From an uncultured Bacteroidia bacterium (GTDB taxonomy: Bacteria > Bacteroidota > Bacteroidia > Bacteroidales > F082), in assembly GCA_902769875.1 (NCBI GenBank), contig CACXQV010000006.1, positions 11,759-75,758 on the forward strand: a DNA stretch of 64,000 bases, in the 5' to 3' direction. A model generated the notes under the pieces. The model saw only the letters and a program-made list of their open reading frames with translations. It was not told the DNA's origin and ran no database searches. This document shows positions 53,831-61,643 of the stretch, piece after piece. The stretch's first letter is position 1; the number at the start of each line of letters is the position of its first letter. Made by a program: the position numbers and the translations under genes.

Positions 53831-53872
53831 CGCCCACAATGAAAAACACCGGAATTTTTGCATCATAGTCCC

Positions 53873-54661
53873 ATGTCAATCCAGTTGTTAGACAGCGTAA
53901 AATCCATTGAGAGGCAATATCTTACAGGAGAGGAACCAGTTTTGGTGTTGTGCTCCGATATGAACGCTTATATATGTAAATATATGCGTTCTTCTTTTGC
54001 TGCCTACAAGTTGGCTTGTGAACTGGTTGGGGCGCAAATGGCTATGGCTTGGCATCTTGACACGCCCGAAATCGCTTTTGTGAGAATAAGGCCTTCCCAC
54101 TGGCCAAAAGGTGGACAAGCCACCTTGTCGATAGGGAGCCGGATGTTGGATGGTGTTGTCGACATTACGCCGTCAACCTATAGGGAAGTGGAATCTTCGG
54201 CCAAGACATTGACGCAGCTTTTGAGGATTGCCTTGTTTGACTTTTGGACGGCCAACGAAGACCGAAACGCCAACAATGCAAACCTTCTTTATGATGTAGA
54301 GAAAGAAGACTTGGTCTCCATTGATTATGGATGCATTTTCAACACCGCCACTTTTGAGTTTCAGTTGTCGCAATTGACCTCAACGGATACCATTCTTTAT
54401 TCCGGCTTGTTCCAATACTTGGTTCAAGACAAGTCGCGTGCCACGTTGGAAGCGATGGTCAAGCCCTTGAGATCCTATTATTTGGGCTGCCTCAACAGAT
54501 GTCGGCGACATAGTTCAGAAATGGCAAAAGCCATGCCAACAGATTGGAATGTCCCTTCTGCCTATGTCGAGAAAAAGATGGGTCAACTTTTTGAATCTGA
54601 GTGGGTTGATGGCGTTTGGAGCAATTTTATGGAATGTTTTACGGAAAATATCGGAAAATGA
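53873..54661 (+). CDS. HipA-like (PI3/4-kinase fold) small kinase
   Basis: ATG at 53873 (the track start at 53858 is TTG). FDFWTANEDRNANNANLLYD fits the D-x4-N catalytic loop. LVSIDYGCIF fits the DxG metal site. 262 aa, without HipA N-terminal domains. Confidence 0.7.
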   Translation: MSIQLLDSVKSIERQYLTGEEPVLVLCSDMNAYICKYMRSSFAAYKLACELVGAQMAMAWHLDTPEIAFVRIRPSHWPKGGQATLSIGSRMLDGVVDITPSTYREVESSAKTLTQLLRIALFDFWTANEDRNANNANLLYDVEKEDLVSIDYGCIFNTATFEFQLSQLTSTDTILYSGLFQYLVQDKSRATLEAMVKPLRSYYLGCLNRCRRHSSEMAKAMPTDWNVPSAYVEKKMGQLFESEWVDGVWSNFMECFTENIGK

Positions 54662-55029
54662 ACAGTTTAAGATATAGCATTATTTACGCGGTCATTCGTC
54701 CGGAAATCTCAGAGCAACTGAGTGTTGGGCTTATTATCGTTGACAATCAGGGCATCGAGGTGCGTCATTCTCAAAAGAAATTGAGCCTGTTGCAGGGTGT
54801 CTTTTCCGAGAAGGAATTCAAGTTCGTCTCGAAAGTAATTAATTCGTTGCATAAAAACCAAAGTGTGAATTCGGTTGAAGCTGTCAATTACCTTACGCGA
54901 TATTCCAACAATCTGATTGCGGTTTCGCCTCTGCAAACGATTGACATTGAGGCTTCTGAACAAAGCAAGAATTGGCTGTTTCGTAATTATGTTTATGATA
55001 GGACACAAAAAGTTGGCAAGCGAGCCTAA
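54658..55029 (+). CDS. DUF3037-like small protein
   Basis: ATG 54658-54660 overlaps the kinase stop TGA 54659-54661. The N-terminus LRYSIIYAVIRPEISEQLSVGLIIV resembles DUF3037 family N-termini. 123 aa. Confidence 0.6.
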   Translation: MNSLRYSIIYAVIRPEISEQLSVGLIIVDNQGIEVRHSQKKLSLLQGVFSEKEFKFVSKVINSLHKNQSVNSVEAVNYLTRYSNNLIAVSPLQTIDIEASEQSKNWLFRNYVYDRTQKVGKRA

Positions 55030-55041
55030 AGGAAGGTTAAT

Positions 55042-56829
55042 ATGAAAAACATCAGGAATTTTTGCATCATAGCGCATATCGACCACGGCAAATCGACCCT
55101 GGCCGACAGACTTTTGGAACTGACCCACACCCTGAATGACAAGGAACTCGTCGATCAGGTATTGGACGATATGGACCTCGAACGCGAGAGAGGCATCACC
55201 ATCAAGAGCCACGCCATCCAGATGAAATACAACTACAAAGGCGAGACTTATACGTTGAACCTCATCGACACTCCTGGCCATGTCGACTTCTCATACGAGG
55301 TGTCGCGAAGCATCGCGGCTTGTGAAGGCGCCCTGCTTGTGGTGGATGCCACGCAAGGCATTCAGGCACAAACGATTGCCAACCTCTATTCCGCTCTCGA
55401 ACACGACCTCGAAATCATCCCTGTGATGAACAAAATCGACATGGACAGCGCGATGGTCGACGTGGTTGAAGACCAGATGGTCGACCTTTTGGGCTGCGAC
55501 CCGAGCGAGATCCTGAAGGTGAGCGCCCGCACGGGTGAAGGCGTGCCAGCCGTTTTGGATGCCATTGTGGAGCGCATCCCTTGCCCCAAAGGCGACCCCG
55601 AAGCTCCGCTCCAAGCCCTCATTTTCGACTCGGTGTTCAATTCGTTCCGTGGCATCATTGCCTATTTCCGCGTGATGAACGGCACGATGCGAACCAACGA
55701 CTTGGTGAAGTTTTTTGCCACAGGCAAGGAGTACCACGCCGACGAAATAGGGGTGTTGCAACTGAAGCAAGTGCCTAAACAAGAGCTTTCGGCGGGCGAT
55801 GTGGGTTATATCATCTCTGGCATCAAGACCTCGAAGGAGGTCAAGGTGGGCGACACCATCACGCACGTCGAAAGGCCTTGCGCCGAGCCTGTGGAAGGCT
55901 TCGAAAACGTGAAACCGATGCTGTTTGCGGGTATCTATCCCGTGGATGCTGATGATTACGAGGAACTTAGGGCTTCGTTGGAAAAACTTCAGCTCAACGA
56001 TGCTTCCCTCGTTTGGGAGCCTGAGTCGTCGGCGGCCTTGGGCTTCGGCTTCCGTTGCGGTTTCTTGGGCTTGTTGCACATGGAAATCGTGCAGGAACGC
56101 CTCGACCGCGAGTTTGACATGGATGTCATCACTACGGTGCCTAACGTTTCGTTCAAGTGCTACAAGACCGATGGCGAGATGATTGAGGTACACAACCCCA
56201 GCGGCTTGCCCGAAGTGACCAAAATCGACCATATCGAGGAGCCTTACATCATCGCGCAAATCATTTCGAAAAACGACTTCACGGGTCCGATCATGACGCT
56301 CTGCATCGAGCGGCGCGGCGTGCTGAAAAACCAAGTCTATCTCTCCACCGACCGTGTGGAACTGACTTTCCAGATGCCGCTCTCGGAAATCGTTTTCGAC
56401 TTCTACGACAAGCTGAAATCCATCTCGAAGGGCTATGCCTCGTTTGATTACCATATTGCTGGTTATCAGGACGCTGACTTGGTGAAATTGGACATTATGC
56501 TCAACGGCGAGTCGGTGGACGCCCTCTCGACTTTGATACACCGCGCCCATGCCTACGACTTCGGTCGGCGCATGTGCGAGAAACTGAAGGAATTGATACC
56601 TCGTCACCAGTTCGACATCGCCATACAAGCCGCCATCGGCGCGAAAATCATTGCCCGCGAGACGGTGCGCCAAGTGCGCAAGGACGTGACGGCGAAGTGC
56701 TACGGCGGCGACGTGTCGCGTAAGCGCAAACTTCTTGAAAAACAGAAGGCTGGCAAGAAACGTATGCGTCAGGTCGGCAATGTCGAAGTGCCGCAGTCGG
56801 CGTTCTTGGCTGTACTGAAACTTGACTAA
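55042..56829 (+). CDS. lepA: elongation factor 4
   Basis: 595 aa. Contains [28 protein letters not shown] and NKID, with the C-terminal LepA region. Confidence 0.97.
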   Translation: MKNIRNFCIIAHIDHGKSTLADRLLELTHTLNDKELVDQVLDDMDLERERGITIKSHAIQMKYNYKGETYTLNLIDTPGHVDFSYEVSRSIAACEGALLVVDATQGIQAQTIANLYSALEHDLEIIPVMNKIDMDSAMVDVVEDQMVDLLGCDPSEILKVSARTGEGVPAVLDAIVERIPCPKGDPEAPLQALIFDSVFNSFRGIIAYFRVMNGTMRTNDLVKFFATGKEYHADEIGVLQLKQVPKQELSAGDVGYIISGIKTSKEVKVGDTITHVERPCAEPVEGFENVKPMLFAGIYPVDADDYEELRASLEKLQLNDASLVWEPESSAALGFGFRCGFLGLLHMEIVQERLDREFDMDVITTVPNVSFKCYKTDGEMIEVHNPSGLPEVTKIDHIEEPYIIAQIISKNDFTGPIMTLCIERRGVLKNQVYLSTDRVELTFQMPLSEIVFDFYDKLKSISKGYASFDYHIAGYQDADLVKLDIMLNGESVDALSTLIHRAHAYDFGRRMCEKLKELIPRHQFDIAIQAAIGAKIIARETVRQVRKDVTAKCYGGDVSRKRKLLEKQKAGKKRMRQVGNVEVPQSAFLAVLKLD

Positions 56830-56835
56830 GGGTTC

Positions 56836-56935
56836 GAGCGGATTTGCAATCCGCTCATGCTGAATTGGGGATTTCAAATCCCCGTCTCGCAGCCATCGGA
56901 TTTCAAATCCGACGGAACTAAAGCCCTGAAAGGGC
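56836..56935 (+). repeat. train of four short hairpins after lepA
   Basis: GAGCGGATTtgcAATCCGCTC, GGGGATTTcAAATCCCC, TCGGATTTcAAATCCGA, GCCCtgaaaGGGC. Confidence 0.8.
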
Positions 56936-56984
56936 GAACAGAAATCAAGCAGGCGATTTTAATCCCTGCAAAACAAACAAAAAA

Positions 56985-58082
56985 ATGACCGACCTCCAAT
57001 ATCAAATAGCATTGACCCTGTTGCCCGGCATCGGCGACATCAGCGGGAAGAAATTCGTGCATTATTGCGGCAGTGCGGAGGCCATTTTCAAGGAAACTCG
57101 AAAGTCGTTGGAGAAGATTTCGGGGATGCGCGAGGCTTCCATCGAGGCTATTTGCAACCCCAAACTATATCTGAAACGCGCCGAGGAGGAAATTGCTTTC
57201 ATTGAGAAAAACGCCATCCAACCCATTTTCTTCCTCGATTCCAATTATCCGCGCCGCCTATTGCAATGCGACGACGGCCCGATGATGCTATATTATAAAG
57301 GTGCGGCCAACCTCAACGCCAACCGCGTGGTGGCCATCGTCGGGACGCGCAACATCACCGACTACGGGAAAGAAAACTGCAACCAATTGGTGGATGATTT
57401 GAAGTCTGACGATGTGTTGATTATCAGTGGTTTGGCATACGGCGTGGATACCTGTGCCCACAAAGCCTCATTGAGAAACAACATCCCGACCGTCGGGGTG
57501 ATGGGCTGCGGAATGCAACAGGTTTACCCAGCACCCAACAGGAAAGTGGCCAATGAAATGATTGAGCAGGGCGGCGGCATCCTCACCGAATGCCTCAGCG
57601 GCACCCAGCCCGACCGAGAGAATTTCCCGCGCCGCAACCGCATCATTGCGGGAATGGCGGATGCTGTGGTGGTCATTGAGTCGGCACTGAAAGGCGGCTC
57701 GCTGATCACTGCCGACATCGCCAATTCCTACAACCGCGACGTGTTTGCCTATCCCGGTCGTGTGATGGACATTTACAGCCAAGGCTGCAACTACCTCATC
57801 CGCACCAACCGCGCCCACTTGATGGAGAGTGTTTTGAACCTGCGTTATGTAATGCGTTGGGATTCAGAGTCGAAGGTTGAGAAACAAACTTCGTTGTTCC
57901 GTGAGTTCACCGAGGAAGAAAACCTCATTATGGACTGCTTCGGCGCGAGTGCTGTGGCCAATTTGGACGACATCATCGTGAAAACAGGGTTGCCGACCAC
58001 AAAAATAGCTGCATTATTACTCAATTTGGAATTTGACGGCGTGCTGATGGCAATGCCCGGAAAACGTTACCAGAAATGTTAG
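56985..58082 (+). CDS. dprA: DNA processing protein DprA/Smf
   Basis: 365 aa. Contains IVGTRNITDYG, ISGLAYGVD and GGSLITA. Confidence 0.9.
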   Translation: MTDLQYQIALTLLPGIGDISGKKFVHYCGSAEAIFKETRKSLEKISGMREASIEAICNPKLYLKRAEEEIAFIEKNAIQPIFFLDSNYPRRLLQCDDGPMMLYYKGAANLNANRVVAIVGTRNITDYGKENCNQLVDDLKSDDVLIISGLAYGVDTCAHKASLRNNIPTVGVMGCGMQQVYPAPNRKVANEMIEQGGGILTECLSGTQPDRENFPRRNRIIAGMADAVVVIESALKGGSLITADIANSYNRDVFAYPGRVMDIYSQGCNYLIRTNRAHLMESVLNLRYVMRWDSESKVEKQTSLFREFTEEENLIMDCFGASAVANLDDIIVKTGLPTTKIAALLLNLEFDGVLMAMPGKRYQKC

Positions 58083-59011
58083 GAAAAGTCATTAAATCGA
58101 CGGGCAGTTGGTACATCGTCTTGGACGGTGAAGGCCGGCAATGGGAGTGCCGACTGCGCGGAAAAATCCGTTTGGACGGCTTGCGCTCGACCAATCCCGT
58201 GGCCGTGGGCGACAACGTCGAGTTTGAGCAGGAACCCGGCAAGGATACGGGTGTAATCAAAAAGATTGAGCCACGCAATAACGTGATTGTCAGGCAGTCG
58301 GTGAATTTGAGCAAAGCCTCACACATCATCGCCGCCAACGTGGATTTGGCCATCGTGGTGGCCACCATCGCGCAACCGCGCACCTCAACGGGCTTCATCG
58401 ACCGTTTTTTGGTCACTGCCGAGGCCTACCACATTCCTGCCGCCGTCGTTTTTAACAAGTGTGACCTTTACACCGACGAGCAGATAGGTGAGATGTGCGT
58501 TCTGATGGAATATTACCAAGGCTTGGGCTACACCTCGTTTGGCGTTTCGGCCAAGACGGGCTTCCAAATGGAGGAGCTTAAAACATTGATGCAAGGGAAG
58601 ATATGCCTGTTTTCGGGCCATTCAGGCGTGGGCAAGTCAGCCTTGGTGAAAGCCCTCGACCCATCGTTGGATGTGCGCATAGGCGCGATTTCGGACTACC
58701 ACGAAAAAGGCAAGCATACCACGACTTTTGCCGAGATGCACCATCTCAGCTTCGGCGCGTGGATTGTCGACACGCCGGGCATCAAGGAGTTTGTGCTGTA
58801 TGATATGGAGAAAGACACCTTGGCCCAGCGTTTTCCTGAGATGCGCGAGCTGATGAGCGAGTGCCGTTTCGCCAATTGCACCCACACCCACGAACCCGGT
58901 TGCGCCGTGAAGGCCGCCGTCGAAAATGGCGATATCGCCGACTGGCGTTACATCAATTACCTTCGCATGATGACCGACGAGAGCCACGAATCGGTGAAGG
59001 AAGAAGGATAG
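58076..59011 (+). CDS. rsgA: ribosome small subunit-dependent GTPase A
   Basis: 311 aa. Contains VFNKCDL, GHSGVGKSAL, DTPG and the zinc motif CRFANCTHTHEPGC. 7-nt overlap with dprA. Confidence 0.92.
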   Translation: MLGKVIKSTGSWYIVLDGEGRQWECRLRGKIRLDGLRSTNPVAVGDNVEFEQEPGKDTGVIKKIEPRNNVIVRQSVNLSKASHIIAANVDLAIVVATIAQPRTSTGFIDRFLVTAEAYHIPAAVVFNKCDLYTDEQIGEMCVLMEYYQGLGYTSFGVSAKTGFQMEELKTLMQGKICLFSGHSGVGKSALVKALDPSLDVRIGAISDYHEKGKHTTTFAEMHHLSFGAWIVDTPGIKEFVLYDMEKDTLAQRFPEMRELMSECRFANCTHTHEPGCAVKAAVENGDIADWRYINYLRMMTDESHESVKEEG

Positions 59012-59012
59012 A

Positions 59013-59077
59013 ACAGTGGGGTATGCCCCACTGTCATGGATAGAAAGAAAAAGGACAACGGGGCATGCCCCGTTGTC
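59013..59077 (+). repeat. two palindromes sharing the core GGGG(C/T)ATGCCCC after rsgA
   Basis: ACAGTGGGGTATGCCCCACTGT (59013-59034) and GACAACGGGGCATGCCCCGTTGTC (59054-59077, a perfect 24-mer palindrome). Confidence 0.85.
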
Positions 59078-59102
59078 TTTACCAGACGAAAAAATAAAAA
59101 CT

Positions 59103-59975
59103 ATGACCATCGCCCTATTTGGAAAAAACATCGCCCCTGAAAATGGGGAATATATGCGCCAACTGTTTGCCGAATTGGCTGGCAATCAGGTGGAAATCGT
59201 TGTTTACCAGCCTTTTGCCGATATTGTCGCGGCATTTGTCCCCGAAGGCATAAAATACAGCGTATTCACTTCCTATGCCGACTTGGAAGCCGAAATGCTG
59301 TTTTCCATCGGCGGCGACGGCACGATTTTGGACACGGTTCCATTCGTCCGCGATTCGGGAATGCCTGTGTTGGGCATCAACATGGGGCGCTTGGGCTTTC
59401 TTTCCAGCATCTCGAAAAACGAGATTGGTGTGGCGGTGAAAAGCGTGCTGGCGGGTGATTATGCCGTCGAGCAGCGCACCCTTTTGGAATTGGTTGCGCC
59501 TGAAAACGTTTTTGGCGATGTGCGCTATGCCCTCAATGAACTGAACGTCATCCGTAACCCTGAACACAGTTTGTTGGCTATCAAGGTCTTCGTCGATGAT
59601 GTTTATCTCAACACCTATTGGGGCGACGGCATCCTTTTGGCCACTCCCACTGGCTCTACGGCCTATTCGCTGAGCGCGGGCGGCCCCATCATTGCGCCGA
59701 ATGCGAAGAATTTCGTCATCACGCCCATCGCCACTCACAATCTGACCGTCCGTCCCGTTGTCATTCCTGACGACAGCGCGATTCGCATCCAAGTGGAAGG
59801 GCGCGAGCGGAAATTCGTGTTCAGTATGGACTCAAGGAATTGCACCTTAGACACTTCCGTGCAGCTCGAAGTGCGCAAGGCCACTTTCTGTCTCAACTTG
59901 GCGAGGATGCGTGGCGAGGACTTTTTCGGCACCATTCGCAACAAATTGATGTGGGGAAAAGACAATAGAAATTGA
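59103..59975 (+). CDS. nadK: NAD kinase
   Basis: ATG at 59103 (MTIALFGK...). Contains SIGGDGTIL, NMGRLGFL and TPTGSTAYSLSAGGPI. Confidence 0.9.
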   Translation: MTIALFGKNIAPENGEYMRQLFAELAGNQVEIVVYQPFADIVAAFVPEGIKYSVFTSYADLEAEMLFSIGGDGTILDTVPFVRDSGMPVLGINMGRLGFLSSISKNEIGVAVKSVLAGDYAVEQRTLLELVAPENVFGDVRYALNELNVIRNPEHSLLAIKVFVDDVYLNTYWGDGILLATPTGSTAYSLSAGGPIIAPNAKNFVITPIATHNLTVRPVVIPDDSAIRIQVEGRERKFVFSMDSRNCTLDTSVQLEVRKATFCLNLARMRGEDFFGTIRNKLMWGKDNRN

Positions 59976-60003
59976 TTTCTGTCGTTTTCATTGGAAAAAT
60001 TCC

Positions 60004-60011
60004 TAAATTTG
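60004..60011 (+). promoter_or_regulatory. -7 box TAAATTTG upstream of the DUF6089-like gene
   Basis: TAnnTTTG match 13 nt before ATG 60024. Confidence 0.45.
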
Positions 60012-60023
60012 CACCCTTGAATT

Positions 60024-60866
60024 ATGGATAGAAGATTTCGTTATTTGTTGATACTGAGTTTTTTGGCCATCTTTGCGACTGCCAAAGCCCAGTTTGACGA
60101 CCCCAAGACCCTTGAAATAGGGCCTCATGGCGGCGTAAGTTATTATATGGGCGACCTCAATCCGATGTTGCCTTTCGCCATGGCAAAGCCCCAATATGGC
60201 GGCTTGGTGCGCTTCAACTACAACAATCGTTGGACATTCCGCTTCGACTATAGCCGCGCCAAGGTGGCCGCTTCCGACGAGGTCATCAAATGGCGTCCTG
60301 AACGCGGGTTGAACTTCACCTCCATCATTAACGACTTCAGCCTCGTGGCAGAGTTCAATTTCCTCGAATATTACACGGGCAACCCGAAAAAGAACGTGTC
60401 GCCTTACATTTTTGGCGGCATTTCGGTGTTCCAATACACGGTTTTTGCCGATGTGGCCGGCACTTTGGTAGACTTGAGCAACCACGCCACCGAAGGCCCT
60501 GAACCGTCAAACGCCAAATGGTACGACAAGATGTTTGGCAAGACCAGCCCGATTGGTTTGTCACTCCCGTTTGGCATGGGCGTGAAGTTCTCGCTTTCGC
60601 GTCACATGGCTGCCACCATCGAATGGAGGATGCAGAAGACCTTCACCGACTATTTGGATGACGTTGCGACGATTTATCCCGAACAACATGCCTCTGTGGA
60701 AGTCGAAGGCACGATATACGATTTGAGCGACCCGACTGGGAACTATGTCGCCGGACAACAACGCGGCAACTCGGCCTTCAACGACTGGTTCGGTATGGCT
60801 CGCGCTTCGTTGACATGGAAATTCAATTTGCCCGACGGAAGGGGCTGTAACCTTAGCAAATTCTGA
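60024..60866 (+). CDS. DUF6089-like outer-membrane beta-barrel protein
   Basis: Signal peptide. Contains GGVSYYMGDLN. Conserved position between nadK and uppS in Bacteroidota. Confidence 0.72.
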   Translation: MDRRFRYLLILSFLAIFATAKAQFDDPKTLEIGPHGGVSYYMGDLNPMLPFAMAKPQYGGLVRFNYNNRWTFRFDYSRAKVAASDEVIKWRPERGLNFTSIINDFSLVAEFNFLEYYTGNPKKNVSPYIFGGISVFQYTVFADVAGTLVDLSNHATEGPEPSNAKWYDKMFGKTSPIGLSLPFGMGVKFSLSRHMAATIEWRMQKTFTDYLDDVATIYPEQHASVEVEGTIYDLSDPTGNYVAGQQRGNSAFNDWFGMARASLTWKFNLPDGRGCNLSKF

Positions 60867-60869
60867 ACT

Positions 60870-61628
60870 ATGGAACTGAAAGACCAACTGATGCAACAAA
60901 TCGACCGCGAGCGCTTGCCTAAGCACATCGCCATCATCATGGACGGTAACGGGCGTTGGGCCAAGGAACGCGGCAAACCACGTTTGTTTGGCCACCAAAG
61001 TGCCATCCAGTCGGTGCGCGAAGTGTCGGAAGGCTGCGCCGAAATCGGGGTGGAATACCTGACGCTTTATGCTTTCTCGACCGAAAACTGGAACCGCCCG
61101 TTGGCCGAGGTCAGCGGACTGATGTCGCTGTTGGCCCAAACCATCAGGAACGAGGTGAGCACGATGAACAAAAACAGCATCAAGCTCAACGCCATCGGCG
61201 ATTTGAAGGGCTTGCCCAAGGCCAACTACGAGCAGCTGATGCAGGCCATCGCCGACACGAGCCACAACACGCGAATGACGCTCACCTTGGCTTTGAGCTA
61301 TTCGGGTCGTTGGGACCTGACGCAGGCCACGCGCCGTATGGCCGAGGACGTGAAGGCCGGCAAACTGGCCCCGGAGGCCATCGTCGACAAAACCATCTCG
61401 TCGTACCTTTCCACGGCAGGTATGCCCGACCCCGAACTGCTTGTCCGCACAAGCGGCGAGGAGCGCATCAGCAACTTCCTCCTTTGGGAATTGGCCTATT
61501 CAGAGCTGTATTTCACGCCGGAATATTGGCCCGATTTCCGCAAGGCAGACCTTTATGAAGCCATTCTGAACTACCAGCATCGTGAACGCCGTTTCGGCAA
61601 GACGAGTGAACAAGTGACTACTAAATGA
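60870..61628 (+). CDS. uppS: undecaprenyl-diphosphate synthase (isoprenyl transferase)
   Basis: Contains HIAIIMDGNGRWA, LYAFSTENWNRP and RTSGEERISNFLLWELAYSELYF. Confidence 0.95.
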   Translation: MELKDQLMQQIDRERLPKHIAIIMDGNGRWAKERGKPRLFGHQSAIQSVREVSEGCAEIGVEYLTLYAFSTENWNRPLAEVSGLMSLLAQTIRNEVSTMNKNSIKLNAIGDLKGLPKANYEQLMQAIADTSHNTRMTLTLALSYSGRWDLTQATRRMAEDVKAGKLAPEAIVDKTISSYLSTAGMPDPELLVRTSGEERISNFLLWELAYSELYFTPEYWPDFRKADLYEAILNYQHRERRFGKTSEQVTTK

Positions 61629-61643
61629 TTGATATATAGAATT

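Noticed and set aside
53839-53868. 9-codon upstream ORF (MKNTGIFAS) between the promoter box and the HipA-like kinase start.
   Set aside because: It is too short to support from sequence alone, and there is no evidence of conservation. It may be a chance ATG in the leader.
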